Shown here piece by piece: positions 1 to 9,957 of a stretch of DNA of 64,000 bases. The translations under genes and the position numbers were made by a program. The notes under the pieces were generated by a model. The model was not told where the DNA came from, did not search any database, and saw only the letters and a program-made list of their open reading frames with translations. Source of the DNA: Candidatus Omnitrophota bacterium (GTDB lineage Bacteria; Omnitrophota; Gorgyraeia; Gygaellales; Profunditerraquicolaceae); assembly GCA_041651115.1 (NCBI GenBank), contig JBAZJY010000002.1, forward strand, positions 73,846 to 137,845, written 5' to 3'. Numbering within the stretch: the stretch's first letter is position 1; each line of letters starts with the position of its first letter.

Positions 1-3000
1 AATGAATACGCTTCAGAGCTTATCCGGGAACTGATCATCCCAAAGCTTACCCGGGAAATAAATACTTCTAAGAAATACGCATCCCTCAGGCAGGTGTACT
101 ATTCTCTGATCCTGGCGCAATGGTTTAAAGCAAAATTCAATTCGGGCAGCGGCAAATATGAAAACCTCATAAATAGAAAAAACCTTTCCGGCCTGACTTC
201 GCAAATATTCTGGGATAAGCAATTTTACTTCCAGCAATATCAGGATTCATTCAATAAGGGCGAGTACAACCTGAAAGAAAATCGCTCCACTCCCTTTGGC
301 CAGACCATCCGCACCTATATGAGCGGCGGCCTTACCCTGGGCAATGAAATATCGTCAGCTATACAGGCTCAAACCATCGCTTCCAAACGCAGCAGCAGTC
401 CGCTTGCCAATAAAACTTTTAATCAGGCGGCAGAGATAGATGCAAACGGTAATATTAGGATAGCCGAAGGCAGTGTTTCTGCGCAAGAAGAGAATATCGC
501 TATTTTGCACGCGCTTATTAATCAGGGGCCTAAGGCATTTTTGTCCGGAGAAAAAGGCGATGAAAACAGGGATAGGGTAATCGGTATTGCCGAAAAATTT
601 GATTTCTACGTGGAGGAACTTTTAGACGAAGAGGATGAAGAAGATTTTTTTGAGTACGTTTTAGGGCTGGAAAAGCTGCTTAAGTTAAATCCCAGGGTCC
701 ATCAAGAGCCATCGGAGATGTTCGTCCATCTGGATAATCTTTCGCATAATCTGGGGCACATTAACAATCTTTTTAATATCGCGATCATAAGTTTCAATAA
801 AGTAGATGAAGTGGAATTAAGAACAGGGCAGATGAATATGTATCTTGCCGAGTACCAGGCCATAAGAAAACTGCTCTCCTGGGATGGCCTCAACAAAATT
901 AATCCGGAAGCCGTTAGCGACTTATTTACCGATACTATCCGTTATGTGGTGGGTTCGCGCGCGCTTTTTAAAGAAATAGGAGATATCTTAAATTCCAACA
1001 GGGACATGATAAGGGAAAAAGAAGAGGGACTGTATAGCCTGATAGACGGCTATCTGGAAAGAGCCAGGCTGGTTGATTCCGAATGCACCCATAATCTTGG
1101 GATCCTGAAACGGCTCAAGGAAGAAATATATGAGCCCGGAAAAAAAGAGCCGATTAACATTGGAGTTTCTGTCTACGAGGCTATTGAGCCATATTTGCAT
1201 AATGGCCATAGGGTCAAGTTTATTACGGATTTCCGGGATCAGGGAATGATGGTGCAGGCCAATGCTTTGCGCCTCTCCTATACATGGACTAATCTCATCG
1301 GGAATGCCATAGATGCCGTTAATAAATTCAAGCGTACTCCCGAAGGAAGAGGAGTCGATGGGATATTGACTGTTTCTGTCAGGCCGGTGCATACGGAGAA
1401 TACGGACATAATGGAAGTATCGTTTCAGGATAACGGCGGCGGTATTTCCAAGGCGATGAGCGAGAACGACAGGCTGTTTCTGCGCGGCGAATCCGACAAG
1501 CAGGGGGGCACAGGCAGGGGCCTTGCTTTGTGCAAAGAGGCTGCGGAATTTCACGGCGGGACTATAAGTGTTGAACCGAGGAGAGTGAGTGAATTTGACG
1601 ACAGGCCCGAGAAAACAGAAGATCCGAAGCGCGGCGCTAGATTTGTCATCCGCCTGCCCGTTGTTGCCAGCTCGCCGGTGGCTATAAGCGAGATCGCTCA
1701 AAAGGATAGCGATAAGATCACCCGGGAAGATAAGGCCGCCATGCTTAACCACGCGCGGCAAATGGATTTTTACGTCCAGCGCATAGAGGAAGAGAACGAT
1801 AGCCAAAACCTGAAAGCATATGCGACAGCGCTCGCAATTCTGGAAAAAGAAGGAGTTAAGCCGGCAGAAGGAGTTTACGCGGGCAAGCAAATAGATTTTA
1901 ACATCGTCAGCCACGATATCGGCCATATGATCATAGAAATGACCGTACTTCTCGGTATTTTGGAATTAGTGCCTGTAGAGAACGATCCGGCTGGTTATAA
2001 AAAGAGGGCATTGGAGCTGTGGGCTAAAATTCAGGCTTGGCAGGCAATCTTAGACTGGGAAAAAACCCTTGGCATTGCTCCCGGCATCCTCTCACGCATG
2101 ACAGAGGAGATTGGCAGCGATCTTGACAGCGTGGGCAATTTTTATAACGAGGTAAAAGATTATTTTAACCGGCATGTAGATAGTGAGATAGTGGCTGATT
2201 ATTCGGCGGCAGTAGACTTGCGCAGAGGAGAGAGAGAAATAATTGACTTTCTTCTTAGTGAGCTTAAGAACAACATATCAGATCCTTCAAGGGCCGCGGC
2301 CATAGATGAAAAATTTATTATCAATAAATTAGTGTGGTCTTATGAAAAACTAAAATCGGCTAACCTGAACTTTCAACTAAGGTTAAGAGCAGAAAATCTC
2401 CAAACATATGGAAACCCGCTGCGCGTTTATTCTATTTTTAAGAACCTGATCACTAATGCCGTAGATGAAGCAGCGGGGCTTGCCACTGGAAGCAAGTTTG
2501 TTAAAACGCCATCCGGTAAGTTTACAGAGGTTCGGCTTACCGATGAGCAGAAAAGGACTGTTGAAGAAAATAAAACCATCATTATCGCGAATAAGAACAT
2601 TAAAGAAGGCGACAAAGATTACGCGGAGTTCAGCATTGAAAACATAGCCTATATAACTCCGGAGATGAATGCGGAGTTATATGGCGGCAGAAAACTTTTT
2701 GCCAAAGGCCAAACCGGTAAAGAAAGCGGCACAGGCCTTGGCCTGGCCCTCATTGAAGAGATCGTTAAAGAGCACGGCGGAAGCGTTGATTATTACATTA
2801 AAGATATTCCCGGCGATGATACGCTTAAAAAGATACAATTTGTGGTAAAGCTGCCCGCGGTTTCCAGCTCGCCGGTCAGCGGCGATAAGGTTATCTTGAG
2901 CACGGCGGGAACAACAATCTCTTTATCTTCCGGAGACCAGGCCCGGATAGTAAGTGAGTTCCGGAGGCTGGCCAATCAAATTACTACGGAATTTTCGGAA

Positions 3001-6000
3001 GAAGATTTCCGCGAGAGCATGGGTTTAATTGTCGGCACGCATGAAAACGGAGCATATAGAATTACCAGGCTGGTTCCGATCACTGAGTTTGAAAAAGGCA
3101 GCAGCTATGATTTCCTTCTTCCCGGAAAGGCCCAGGTGATCCGGATCATTGAGAATGAACTGCGGAGCGGTGAACAGATCCTGGGTGATTACCATAATCA
3201 TTCTTATGAAAGACTGCGCAGTTTTCAGAAACCGGGCCCCAGTTCAGAGGATGCCATGGGAGGCGGATACTTGAATATTATCGGATACGAGAATAAGATC
3301 GCAAATAACCGCCTGAACATAGTTTTAGAGCCCGAATTGGACTTGGATAAGATAACCATGGATGAGCTGGCGAATTTTGACCCGTCTAATTCGCGGGTTA
3401 TCCTCTATCCTTACATATCGCCGAACAGGGGATTGGAGAGAAGGATTATCGAGCTGGATAAGATCTATTTGGATGCCTTGACAAAAGAAGTTAATTCCGG
3501 AGCGACCAGCTCGCCGATGAAATTGGGGGATCTTAAGAAATTAGCTCTCGGCGCAATGATGGCGTTTTATTTGTCCTGCTTGAGCTTCCATAACGTTAAT
3601 GCCCAAGTCAATGACACGCCGGCAATTGATTATTATTTTACCGTTAGCTCGCAGCTCCAGGATTCCATAAACAACTTAGTAAAGAAAGAGTTTTATGACA
3701 TAGTTTCGTTATCGCCAGACCAGATAAAGCAGCTGTTGACGGCAAAAGACCTTACGGAATTTAAGTCGGTGGCTGAATCTATGTTAGAGAAGAAGGGGTT
3801 AAGCCTGCCTTATTATGCACCGGAGGATATTGCGGATTTAGTATCTTCCTCAAAAACAGGGGACAGCGATATCCAGAGGCTAATCAGGATCAAAGGCGGC
3901 CTGAATTATCTCAGTCAGCATCATCCCTGGGTATTCAGGTTCGTTATGTTTAATGCCCAAAGAATAATTTTTGATTTTACTTATAATAAAAGCGGGGGAT
4001 ATGAAAATGAGCGCAAAATATATTACGGCGTTTTGCTTGACAACTATGCCATTGAAGAAATCGCCGCATTTCTGGCGCATGAGGCCGCGCATAGCTTCTT
4101 GGAGCTGATGGGAATGCCTGTAGGCGGGGCCGCAGGAGAGAGCGTTGCGATATATTTAGGTGATCTGATATTAAAAAACGCAAATATCAGGTTAGGCGCA
4201 GATAAATTTATCCTTAATTTGTCTTCTGAAGCGGCAAACAGAGGTCATTGGGGGCCGTGGCAAGATGCATATTATGAAGAAACCTATAATAAGGCCGGCA
4301 TTGAATTAAGGGATCATCTCAGGCACTTGGAATTTATTACTAAGCTGCCCGCAACATTGTTGGATATCATCATATTTGGCTCAAAAGACCAGTGGGAAAT
4401 TTATCCGGAATACAGGCGGCTGGGGCTCGATGCGCTTGGGGAGATATTAGAATCTGTTGAGTCGCAGCCGGTTGAAACCAAGGAATTCTTCGGAGTTTTA
4501 TTTGCCAACTATTTTGATGAATTGTGGAACGCGGGGGACGGGCTATATCGTGAATTGATACGCGCATATTTATTAAAAAACACAAACTACATCCCTGCGG
4601 CAAAACAACGGTTGATATTAGATGAGGTCGGCAATGCTCAAGTGGATGCCAGCTCGCCGGTGAAGGCTGCAGGGTTCTTGAAGACGACCGCGCTGTTATC
4701 AATGCTGTTTTTCCTGCCGGTGTTTGTCCAGCAGTCATTCAGCCAGAGCGCAAGGGCGCCTACCAATGTAGAGATGACGATATATATGTCGCGCGTAAAG
4801 GACCTTTCCGAGGCCAAAGACTTAGGCAGTTTATTAAAGATCATCAAAGACGATAAGGCCCATGCATTGTTTAAGATGCAGGCGATGGATGCCGTGCAGC
4901 GCATGCCTATGGTAATGAATAAGGCCTCGGACCTGATGAGGGCACTTGGCGCGATTGAAGACATTTATAATGATCCGCAGACCAGCAATCTAATAAACGG
5001 GAATACAGTCAGCTGGCTGGAACAGATCATGAAGAAATATGAAATTATCTGGTGGGGGGGTAAGGATACTCTCTTTGCGCCGATAGATGTTTATAAAGGC
5101 ACAGCAGAACTGATCCAGCAGATCGCTGCCGATCACCCGGATTTTATCAAGCCCGGGTCGTTGGCAGAATTCATCAGCAGGCAGCGCCAACCGCAGCTGC
5201 TTTATAAGCCGTGGCCGCATTATCCGGTTTATCAAAATCCGCAGTTTATCGCCGGGGTGCAAAAATATAACGCCGACACGCGGGAATACTATTCCATTTC
5301 CATGGCTGTTTATGACCTGCTGAATCTGGCCGGGGTAGGCTTAAGCGATACGACTATCAGCCAGGCAACGGATTATATTATGCAGCAGCGGCAGGCCTTT
5401 GGCCAACGGGTATTCTTTGATAAAGAGACCACAGCCATATTCATTGTTACCGAAGGAGAGGAATCTCAAAAGGACGTTGATCTGTTACGGGGCATTGCGC
5501 TGGACGCAGGAGTCTTGGAAGAAAATATCCATATTTTCCGGGGCATGAAAGATAAGCGTAAGCTCGCAACGCTTATTTCCGAGAGCACCGGGCCGCTAAC
5601 CATCGCCACAAATATGGAAGGGAATGAAGCGTCCTGGCGCATGGATCCCGAAGGCAATCAGCTTTCTTATGCAGAGTTTGCCAAATGGCTTGAGGCACGA
5701 AGTATTTTAACCAATGTAAATATTATTCTTGACGGCTGCCTGTCGACCAACCTTACAGAAGGGATGATCAATCTGCTTTACGATCCTTATGATCCTGCTT
5801 CCAAAGCAGCAGCTATCAGAAGGGGCCTGCCGACCGTAGTCTCAACTTCGGACGATAACCACCCTAGTTATGCGGACCAGCAAGGCCAGAGTTTCTTTTA
5901 TTCCGAGTTAAGCCTTATGCCGCGCGTTCCCGGAAAGCCGCTCCTGGGCAGGCAGATATTAGATACCGAGATTGCCGGATATAAACGGATGTTCGTTCTT

Positions 6001-9000
6001 GAAAATCCGCGCGTTTCGGTTTTTCTGCCGCTGGAGGGCAGGGAAGAGTTAGACCATATTTTCGGCGGCAAGACAAAATGGGGAAAAGTCTGGTTTTTCC
6101 CGATCGGCCAGGCTGAACCTAAGACCGATACGCTTAAGCCGGATGGCCTGCTGGCGCTCGGGCCAAAAGAAACCGTTACCAGCTCGCCGCTGAAGGCCGG
6201 CGGGTTCTTTAAAACAGCTGCGTTGGTATCAATGTTGGTGCTCCTGCCGGCATTGGGCCAGCCATTATTCGGCCAGCAAGCTGAACTTTTATCTACCGAT
6301 GCGCAAGGCCGCGCAGAGTTTAAGAACAATGTCTCTCTTACTTTGGCATCTTTAGGGGGAGCCGTTGATATTACGGCAGCTGCCGAGGCTGATCGCCCCC
6401 GTACATACAATTACAACCCTCAAACCGGGATGCTGGAGATTACATATGCTATTCCGGGATATGTCAATGTCAGCAAACCCAACGACGTAGTTACAATAAC
6501 CGCGCGAAAAATTGTTCCGCAGTTTGCCCTTATTACCGATGAATCGGGAAGCCAGGATAAAGAAGCCATGACCGAGCAGGGCCGTCAGTTCGCAAGAGTC
6601 CTGCAGTTTATCCAGAATAGATATCCTGGCATGCGCAATATCCGAATAAGCACGGTTACCGATCCCAACCCTCAAGTTTCCTCTTATTCCGGTGCAGCCG
6701 ATGCGCAAGATTATTTTAATCAGCCGGTATTCCAGAGCGACCCGTTACTGGGAGCCACGCATTTCGTAGAGGCAGTAAGAAATACAATCAAATCTTTTAA
6801 TAATAGCGCTCCGGGGATAATTTTAGCAGCCTCTTCAGATTTTGAACAGGATCCTTTGGCCAGAGGCAGTGATCCTGTAAAACCGGAAGATTTGAGAGCT
6901 CCTTTTTATGAAATGGCCGGTGAATTAGAGGAGCTTAATACCCACCTTTTTATTGCAACGCAAAATGCTGACAGTCAAAAGAACATCCGAATATTGACGG
7001 ATGAGTATCTTAAAAAGTGCGAGGCGGAGGGAAAGGCGCCGTATATTCATTACCAGGTTGTAGGCGCGGAAAATATGAGCGCCGCATTTACCTCTTTTAT
7101 CGCTGAATCTGATTTTCCTGAACAAATTCCTTTACCTACGCAGAATAAGGATATCAAGATAGATTTTCTTTCTTCTGGCCCCGGCGGGCAAGACGCCTCC
7201 GGAGCGGTCAACCCGCAACAGGGGTCCCTTGCCGGTAGTATAAAAATAAACGGAAGCACTTTAGTCCTAAAAGATTTATTTAAGGGATTAGGGGATGTTG
7301 ATTCCGCGCAGGTCGTTTTTTCGTATGAACCCCTGATAGTTCCGCTACCATTAACGCACACCCCGCAGGATATTTACCTGGTGAAAGATTATAGCGGCAG
7401 CGTCAGGGATATAAAGTGGAATGCTTTCCTGAAAGACTTACTTATTAAATTAAAAGAGAGAGGAGACCGGATTATCGGCGGGACATTCTTTGGCCCGGAA
7501 GTCATCTCGGTAGCCGGTTTTGATGGCGTTTTAAGCGCCGTGGAATCGCCCAGGGGTGGGTATACCCATGGCTGGGCGGCCTTAAAAAAGATCTTCCAGC
7601 AAATGGACGATATGCCCGATAATGCGACATTATATTTTATTTCAGACGGCGTATTTAATGACCGGGATTTTACTGACGGGGAGAAAGAACGGGTCAAGGA
7701 AAAATTCCTGCAGAAATTAAAGGATAAAAACATACGCTTTGTCTGGATCGCGCCCGAAAAGGCTTCTCCGGGCGTAACCAAATTTTTGTCAAATGCCGTT
7801 AATAACGGAAAAGCAGCGGACAATCTCCGGGCTTCTTTAAGCCCCTATGCCACGCTGTTGACATTTGCCGTTGCTACCAACCCGGACAGGGGAGTGGTGT
7901 TTTATAAAAACGAAGATACGATTTCCGGCCTGGCCGAAGCCACGGGGCTTTATAGCAGGAAAGTTATCGATGTCCCGGAAAAATTCCCCATAAGGCAGGT
8001 GCAAATATTGTTTCAGGATGAGGGGAAAGAAAAGCGGATAGTAGTAGATATGCAAGACACAGAAGAAAAGCCCGGTTCCAGCTCGCCGATCACCGAGTTA
8101 TCCGGCCAGCTGCCTGAAGAAGAAGCCGCGCAGCTGGAAATACCATTTGTATACCCCCAGAATGCGCCTACCGTCATCTTGCCGCTGAAACTCAACGGCG
8201 CTGATAAAAAAGAATTAATGGAATATAAGGGTACCCTGGAGATTTTAAAAGCGAAATTATCAAATTACCTTGAACATCCCGAATATCTTAAAGACAAAGG
8301 AAAGCTCGAAAGCGTTTTGCCTATCGCCAAAGAGGCAATCAGCGAATTTTTGGGAAAAGTAGCTGCTGCCGATAAGTTAAGGCCGGTTTATGATACCTTT
8401 GCCCGGGCGGATTTTGATGCTCCTATAAACACAGATTTTGGCGACCAGTTTAATGGTTTTGTTGCTTATGTTCAAATGGGGATAAACCAACTTGATTCGC
8501 AAGGATCCATTTCATCGCGTTTAATTTTGAGCCTGATAACTACGCTTACCCAAACCATTGAATTTTTAGAGAACGCAATTTTAATCTTTGAAAAACTCAC
8601 TGGCCCCTCAAAGAGCGAATTTAAAACCAAGCTGTCAAACGGAGGATCGGGAAGCCCTTCCGTCCTCATATTGGATCTCAATGACCTTTTAAGCAGTGTC
8701 GGCTCAGAGATCAGCTCGCCGGTAAAAACAGAAGCTACGAATGATAAGGGCGGTATTGATTTTAGGGCGTTGCCGGTTGTGACGCAGCCGGTTTTAGGGA
8801 CGGTTCTCAGCCAAGGAGAAAAACGTCCCCAAATGGGGACGCTTTTACCTTGGACTGAGAACCGTCCCTCTCTTGACCAGGAATTACAGCAGATTAGGAA
8901 GATGATTGATTCCGGAATTGTTCCCTCAAGCGAGAGAATCAAGGAATATGCGCAGACTTGCGGCAGCCAGGACATAGATAAAATATTATCTTGTATCGCG

Positions 9001-9159
9001 GATATCTTAAGACTGGAAGAAGAGCGGGTTGAGGAAACCGATCCGCAGTTAAGACAGTTGGTCATGGTGCTTGAATCGGATAAGCCGGCAAATGAGATGC
9101 AGCTGGCAGTAGCCGCGATCTCGTTTTCCGCGAAAGATCCGGTTCTGGTGAAACCTTAA
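1..9159 (+). CDS. Giant multidomain protein, 5'-partial (frame open from nt 1; >3,050 aa). It has two GHKL/HATPase_c ATPase modules, an HExxH zincin-like motif, a vWA domain with a DxSGS MIDAS motif, and SSP-punctuated modules with internal signal-peptide-like segments.
   Basis: Frame 1 is open from nt 1 to the TAA at 9157-9159; the ORF track starts it at an in-frame GTG at 94. HATPase_c N/G1/G2 boxes are visible twice (NLIGNAIDAV..DNGGGIS..GGTGRGLALCKE at ~1290-1540; NLITNAVDEA..GTGLGLALIEEIVKEHGG at ~2440-2770). HEAAH lies at 4078-4092, DYSGSV at 7387-7401, and SSP junctions at 1667, 2864, 3506, 4649, 6179, 8078 and 8712. Confidence 0.7.
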   Translation, partial: NEYASELIRELIIPKLTREINTSKKYASLRQVYYSLILAQWFKAKFNSGSGKYENLINRKNLSGLTSQIFWDKQFYFQQYQDSFNKGEYNLKENRSTPFGQTIRTYMSGGLTLGNEISSAIQAQTIASKRSSSPLANKTFNQAAEIDANGNIRIAEGSVSAQEENIAILHALINQGPKAFLSGEKGDENRDRVIGIAEKFDFYVEELLDEEDEEDFFEYVLGLEKLLKLNPRVHQEPSEMFVHLDNLSHNLGHINNLFNIAIISFNKVDEVELRTGQMNMYLAEYQAIRKLLSWDGLNKINPEAVSDLFTDTIRYVVGSRALFKEIGDILNSNRDMIREKEEGLYSLIDGYLERARLVDSECTHNLGILKRLKEEIYEPGKKEPINIGVSVYEAIEPYLHNGHRVKFITDFRDQGMMVQANALRLSYTWTNLIGNAIDAVNKFKRTPEGRGVDGILTVSVRPVHTENTDIMEVSFQDNGGGISKAMSENDRLFLRGESDKQGGTGRGLALCKEAAEFHGGTISVEPRRVSEFDDRPEKTEDPKRGARFVIRLPVVASSPVAISEIAQKDSDKITREDKAAMLNHARQMDFYVQRIEEENDSQNLKAYATALAILEKEGVKPAEGVYAGKQIDFNIVSHDIGHMIIEMTVLLGILELVPVENDPAGYKKRALELWAKIQAWQAILDWEKTLGIAPGILSRMTEEIGSDLDSVGNFYNEVKDYFNRHVDSEIVADYSAAVDLRRGEREIIDFLLSELKNNISDPSRAAAIDEKFIINKLVWSYEKLKSANLNFQLRLRAENLQTYGNPLRVYSIFKNLITNAVDEAAGLATGSKFVKTPSGKFTEVRLTDEQKRTVEENKTIIIANKNIKEGDKDYAEFSIENIAYITPEMNAELYGGRKLFAKGQTGKESGTGLGLALIEEIVKEHGGSVDYYIKDIPGDDTLKKIQFVVKLPAVSSSPVSGDKVILSTAGTTISLSSGDQARIVSEFRRLANQITTEFSEEDFRESMGLIVGTHENGAYRITRLVPITEFEKGSSYDFLLPGKAQVIRIIENELRSGEQILGDYHNHSYERLRSFQKPGPSSEDAMGGGYLNIIGYENKIANNRLNIVLEPELDLDKITMDELANFDPSNSRVILYPYISPNRGLERRIIELDKIYLDALTKEVNSGATSSPMKLGDLKKLALGAMMAFYLSCLSFHNVNAQVNDTPAIDYYFTVSSQLQDSINNLVKKEFYDIVSLSPDQIKQLLTAKDLTEFKSVAESMLEKKGLSLPYYAPEDIADLVSSSKTGDSDIQRLIRIKGGLNYLSQHHPWVFRFVMFNAQRIIFDFTYNKSGGYENERKIYYGVLLDNYAIEEIAAFLAHEAAHSFLELMGMPVGGAAGESVAIYLGDLILKNANIRLGADKFILNLSSEAANRGHWGPWQDAYYEETYNKAGIELRDHLRHLEFITKLPATLLDIIIFGSKDQWEIYPEYRRLGLDALGEILESVESQPVETKEFFGVLFANYFDELWNAGDGLYRELIRAYLLKNTNYIPAAKQRLILDEVGNAQVDASSPVKAAGFLKTTALLSMLFFLPVFVQQSFSQSARAPTNVEMTIYMSRVKDLSEAKDLGSLLKIIKDDKAHALFKMQAMDAVQRMPMVMNKASDLMRALGAIEDIYNDPQTSNLINGNTVSWLEQIMKKYEIIWWGGKDTLFAPIDVYKGTAELIQQIAADHPDFIKPGSLAEFISRQRQPQLLYKPWPHYPVYQNPQFIAGVQKYNADTREYYSISMAVYDLLNLAGVGLSDTTISQATDYIMQQRQAFGQRVFFDKETTAIFIVTEGEESQKDVDLLRGIALDAGVLEENIHIFRGMKDKRKLATLISESTGPLTIATNMEGNEASWRMDPEGNQLSYAEFAKWLEARSILTNVNIILDGCLSTNLTEGMINLLYDPYDPASKAAAIRRGLPTVVSTSDDNHPSYADQQGQSFFYSELSLMPRVPGKPLLGRQILDTEIAGYKRMFVLENPRVSVFLPLEGREELDHIFGGKTKWGKVWFFPIGQAEPKTDTLKPDGLLALGPKETVTSSPLKAGGFFKTAALVSMLVLLPALGQPLFGQQAELLSTDAQGRAEFKNNVSLTLASLGGAVDITAAAEADRPRTYNYNPQTGMLEITYAIPGYVNVSKPNDVVTITARKIVPQFALITDESGSQDKEAMTEQGRQFARVLQFIQNRYPGMRNIRISTVTDPNPQVSSYSGAADAQDYFNQPVFQSDPLLGATHFVEAVRNTIKSFNNSAPGIILAASSDFEQDPLARGSDPVKPEDLRAPFYEMAGELEELNTHLFIATQNADSQKNIRILTDEYLKKCEAEGKAPYIHYQVVGAENMSAAFTSFIAESDFPEQIPLPTQNKDIKIDFLSSGPGGQDASGAVNPQQGSLAGSIKINGSTLVLKDLFKGLGDVDSAQVVFSYEPLIVPLPLTHTPQDIYLVKDYSGSVRDIKWNAFLKDLLIKLKERGDRIIGGTFFGPEVISVAGFDGVLSAVESPRGGYTHGWAALKKIFQQMDDMPDNATLYFISDGVFNDRDFTDGEKERVKEKFLQKLKDKNIRFVWIAPEKASPGVTKFLSNAVNNGKAADNLRASLSPYATLLTFAVATNPDRGVVFYKNEDTISGLAEATGLYSRKVIDVPEKFPIRQVQILFQDEGKEKRIVVDMQDTEEKPGSSSPITELSGQLPEEEAAQLEIPFVYPQNAPTVILPLKLNGADKKELMEYKGTLEILKAKLSNYLEHPEYLKDKGKLESVLPIAKEAISEFLGKVAAADKLRPVYDTFARADFDAPINTDFGDQFNGFVAYVQMGINQLDSQGSISSRLILSLITTLTQTIEFLENAILIFEKLTGPSKSEFKTKLSNGGSGSPSVLILDLNDLLSSVGSEISSPVKTEATNDKGGIDFRALPVVTQPVLGTVLSQGEKRPQMGTLLPWTENRPSLDQELQQIRKMIDSGIVPSSERIKEYAQTCGSQDIDKILSCIADILRLEEERVEETDPQLRQLVMVLESDKPANEMQLAVAAISFSAKDPVLVKP

Positions 9160-9244
9160 AAGCGTATTGTTACGAAGCGGGGCGACCTGCCTGTTTGGTT
9201 TATCAGCCAAAGTAAGCCAAAGAGCGCGCCCCCTTTAATTTACG

Positions 9245-9279
9245 GGGGATAACTTTAGCCTTGACAAAGTTATCCCCCG
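9245..9279. promoter_or_regulatory. Perfect 13-bp inverted repeat (GGGGGATAACTTT-N9-AAAGTTATCCCCC) with the loop carrying a TTGACA -35-like hexamer. It may be an operator or the terminator of the giant gene.
   Basis: Read directly: gggggataacttt agccttgac aaagttatccccc. An upstream ccccc run (9230-9234) could pair with ggggg instead. Confidence 0.4.
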
Positions 9280-9289
9280 GTGGTAAACT
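9261..9289 (+). promoter_or_regulatory. Candidate sigma70-type promoter for the pyr operon (TTGACA-17-TAAACT).
   Basis: TTGACA at 9261-9266 is followed by a 17-nt spacer and TAAACT at 9284-9289. The -10 matches TATAAT at only 4/6 positions. Confidence 0.3.
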
Positions 9290-9342
9290 TATAAAAATTG
9301 AAGATAACCTTTAAGCTGGCTCTTGAGAAGTCGGCAAGGTGA

Positions 9343-9954
<612 letters not shown>

Positions 9955-9957
9955 ATT

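Noticed and set aside
700-800. Possible HisKA H-box (LSHNLGHINNLF) upstream of the first HATPase module of the giant protein.
   Set aside because: It has no real resemblance to H-E-L-R-T-P-L and no second copy before the second module. The modules are therefore called GHKL ATPases, not histidine kinases.
988-1926. 312-aa minus-strand ORF inside the giant gene; also 10810-11580(-), 22888-23634(-), 60888-61652(-) and 56228-56722(-).
   Set aside because: These are antisense to long, well-supported + strand genes. The translations are low-complexity with no motifs, so they are treated as spurious shadow ORFs.
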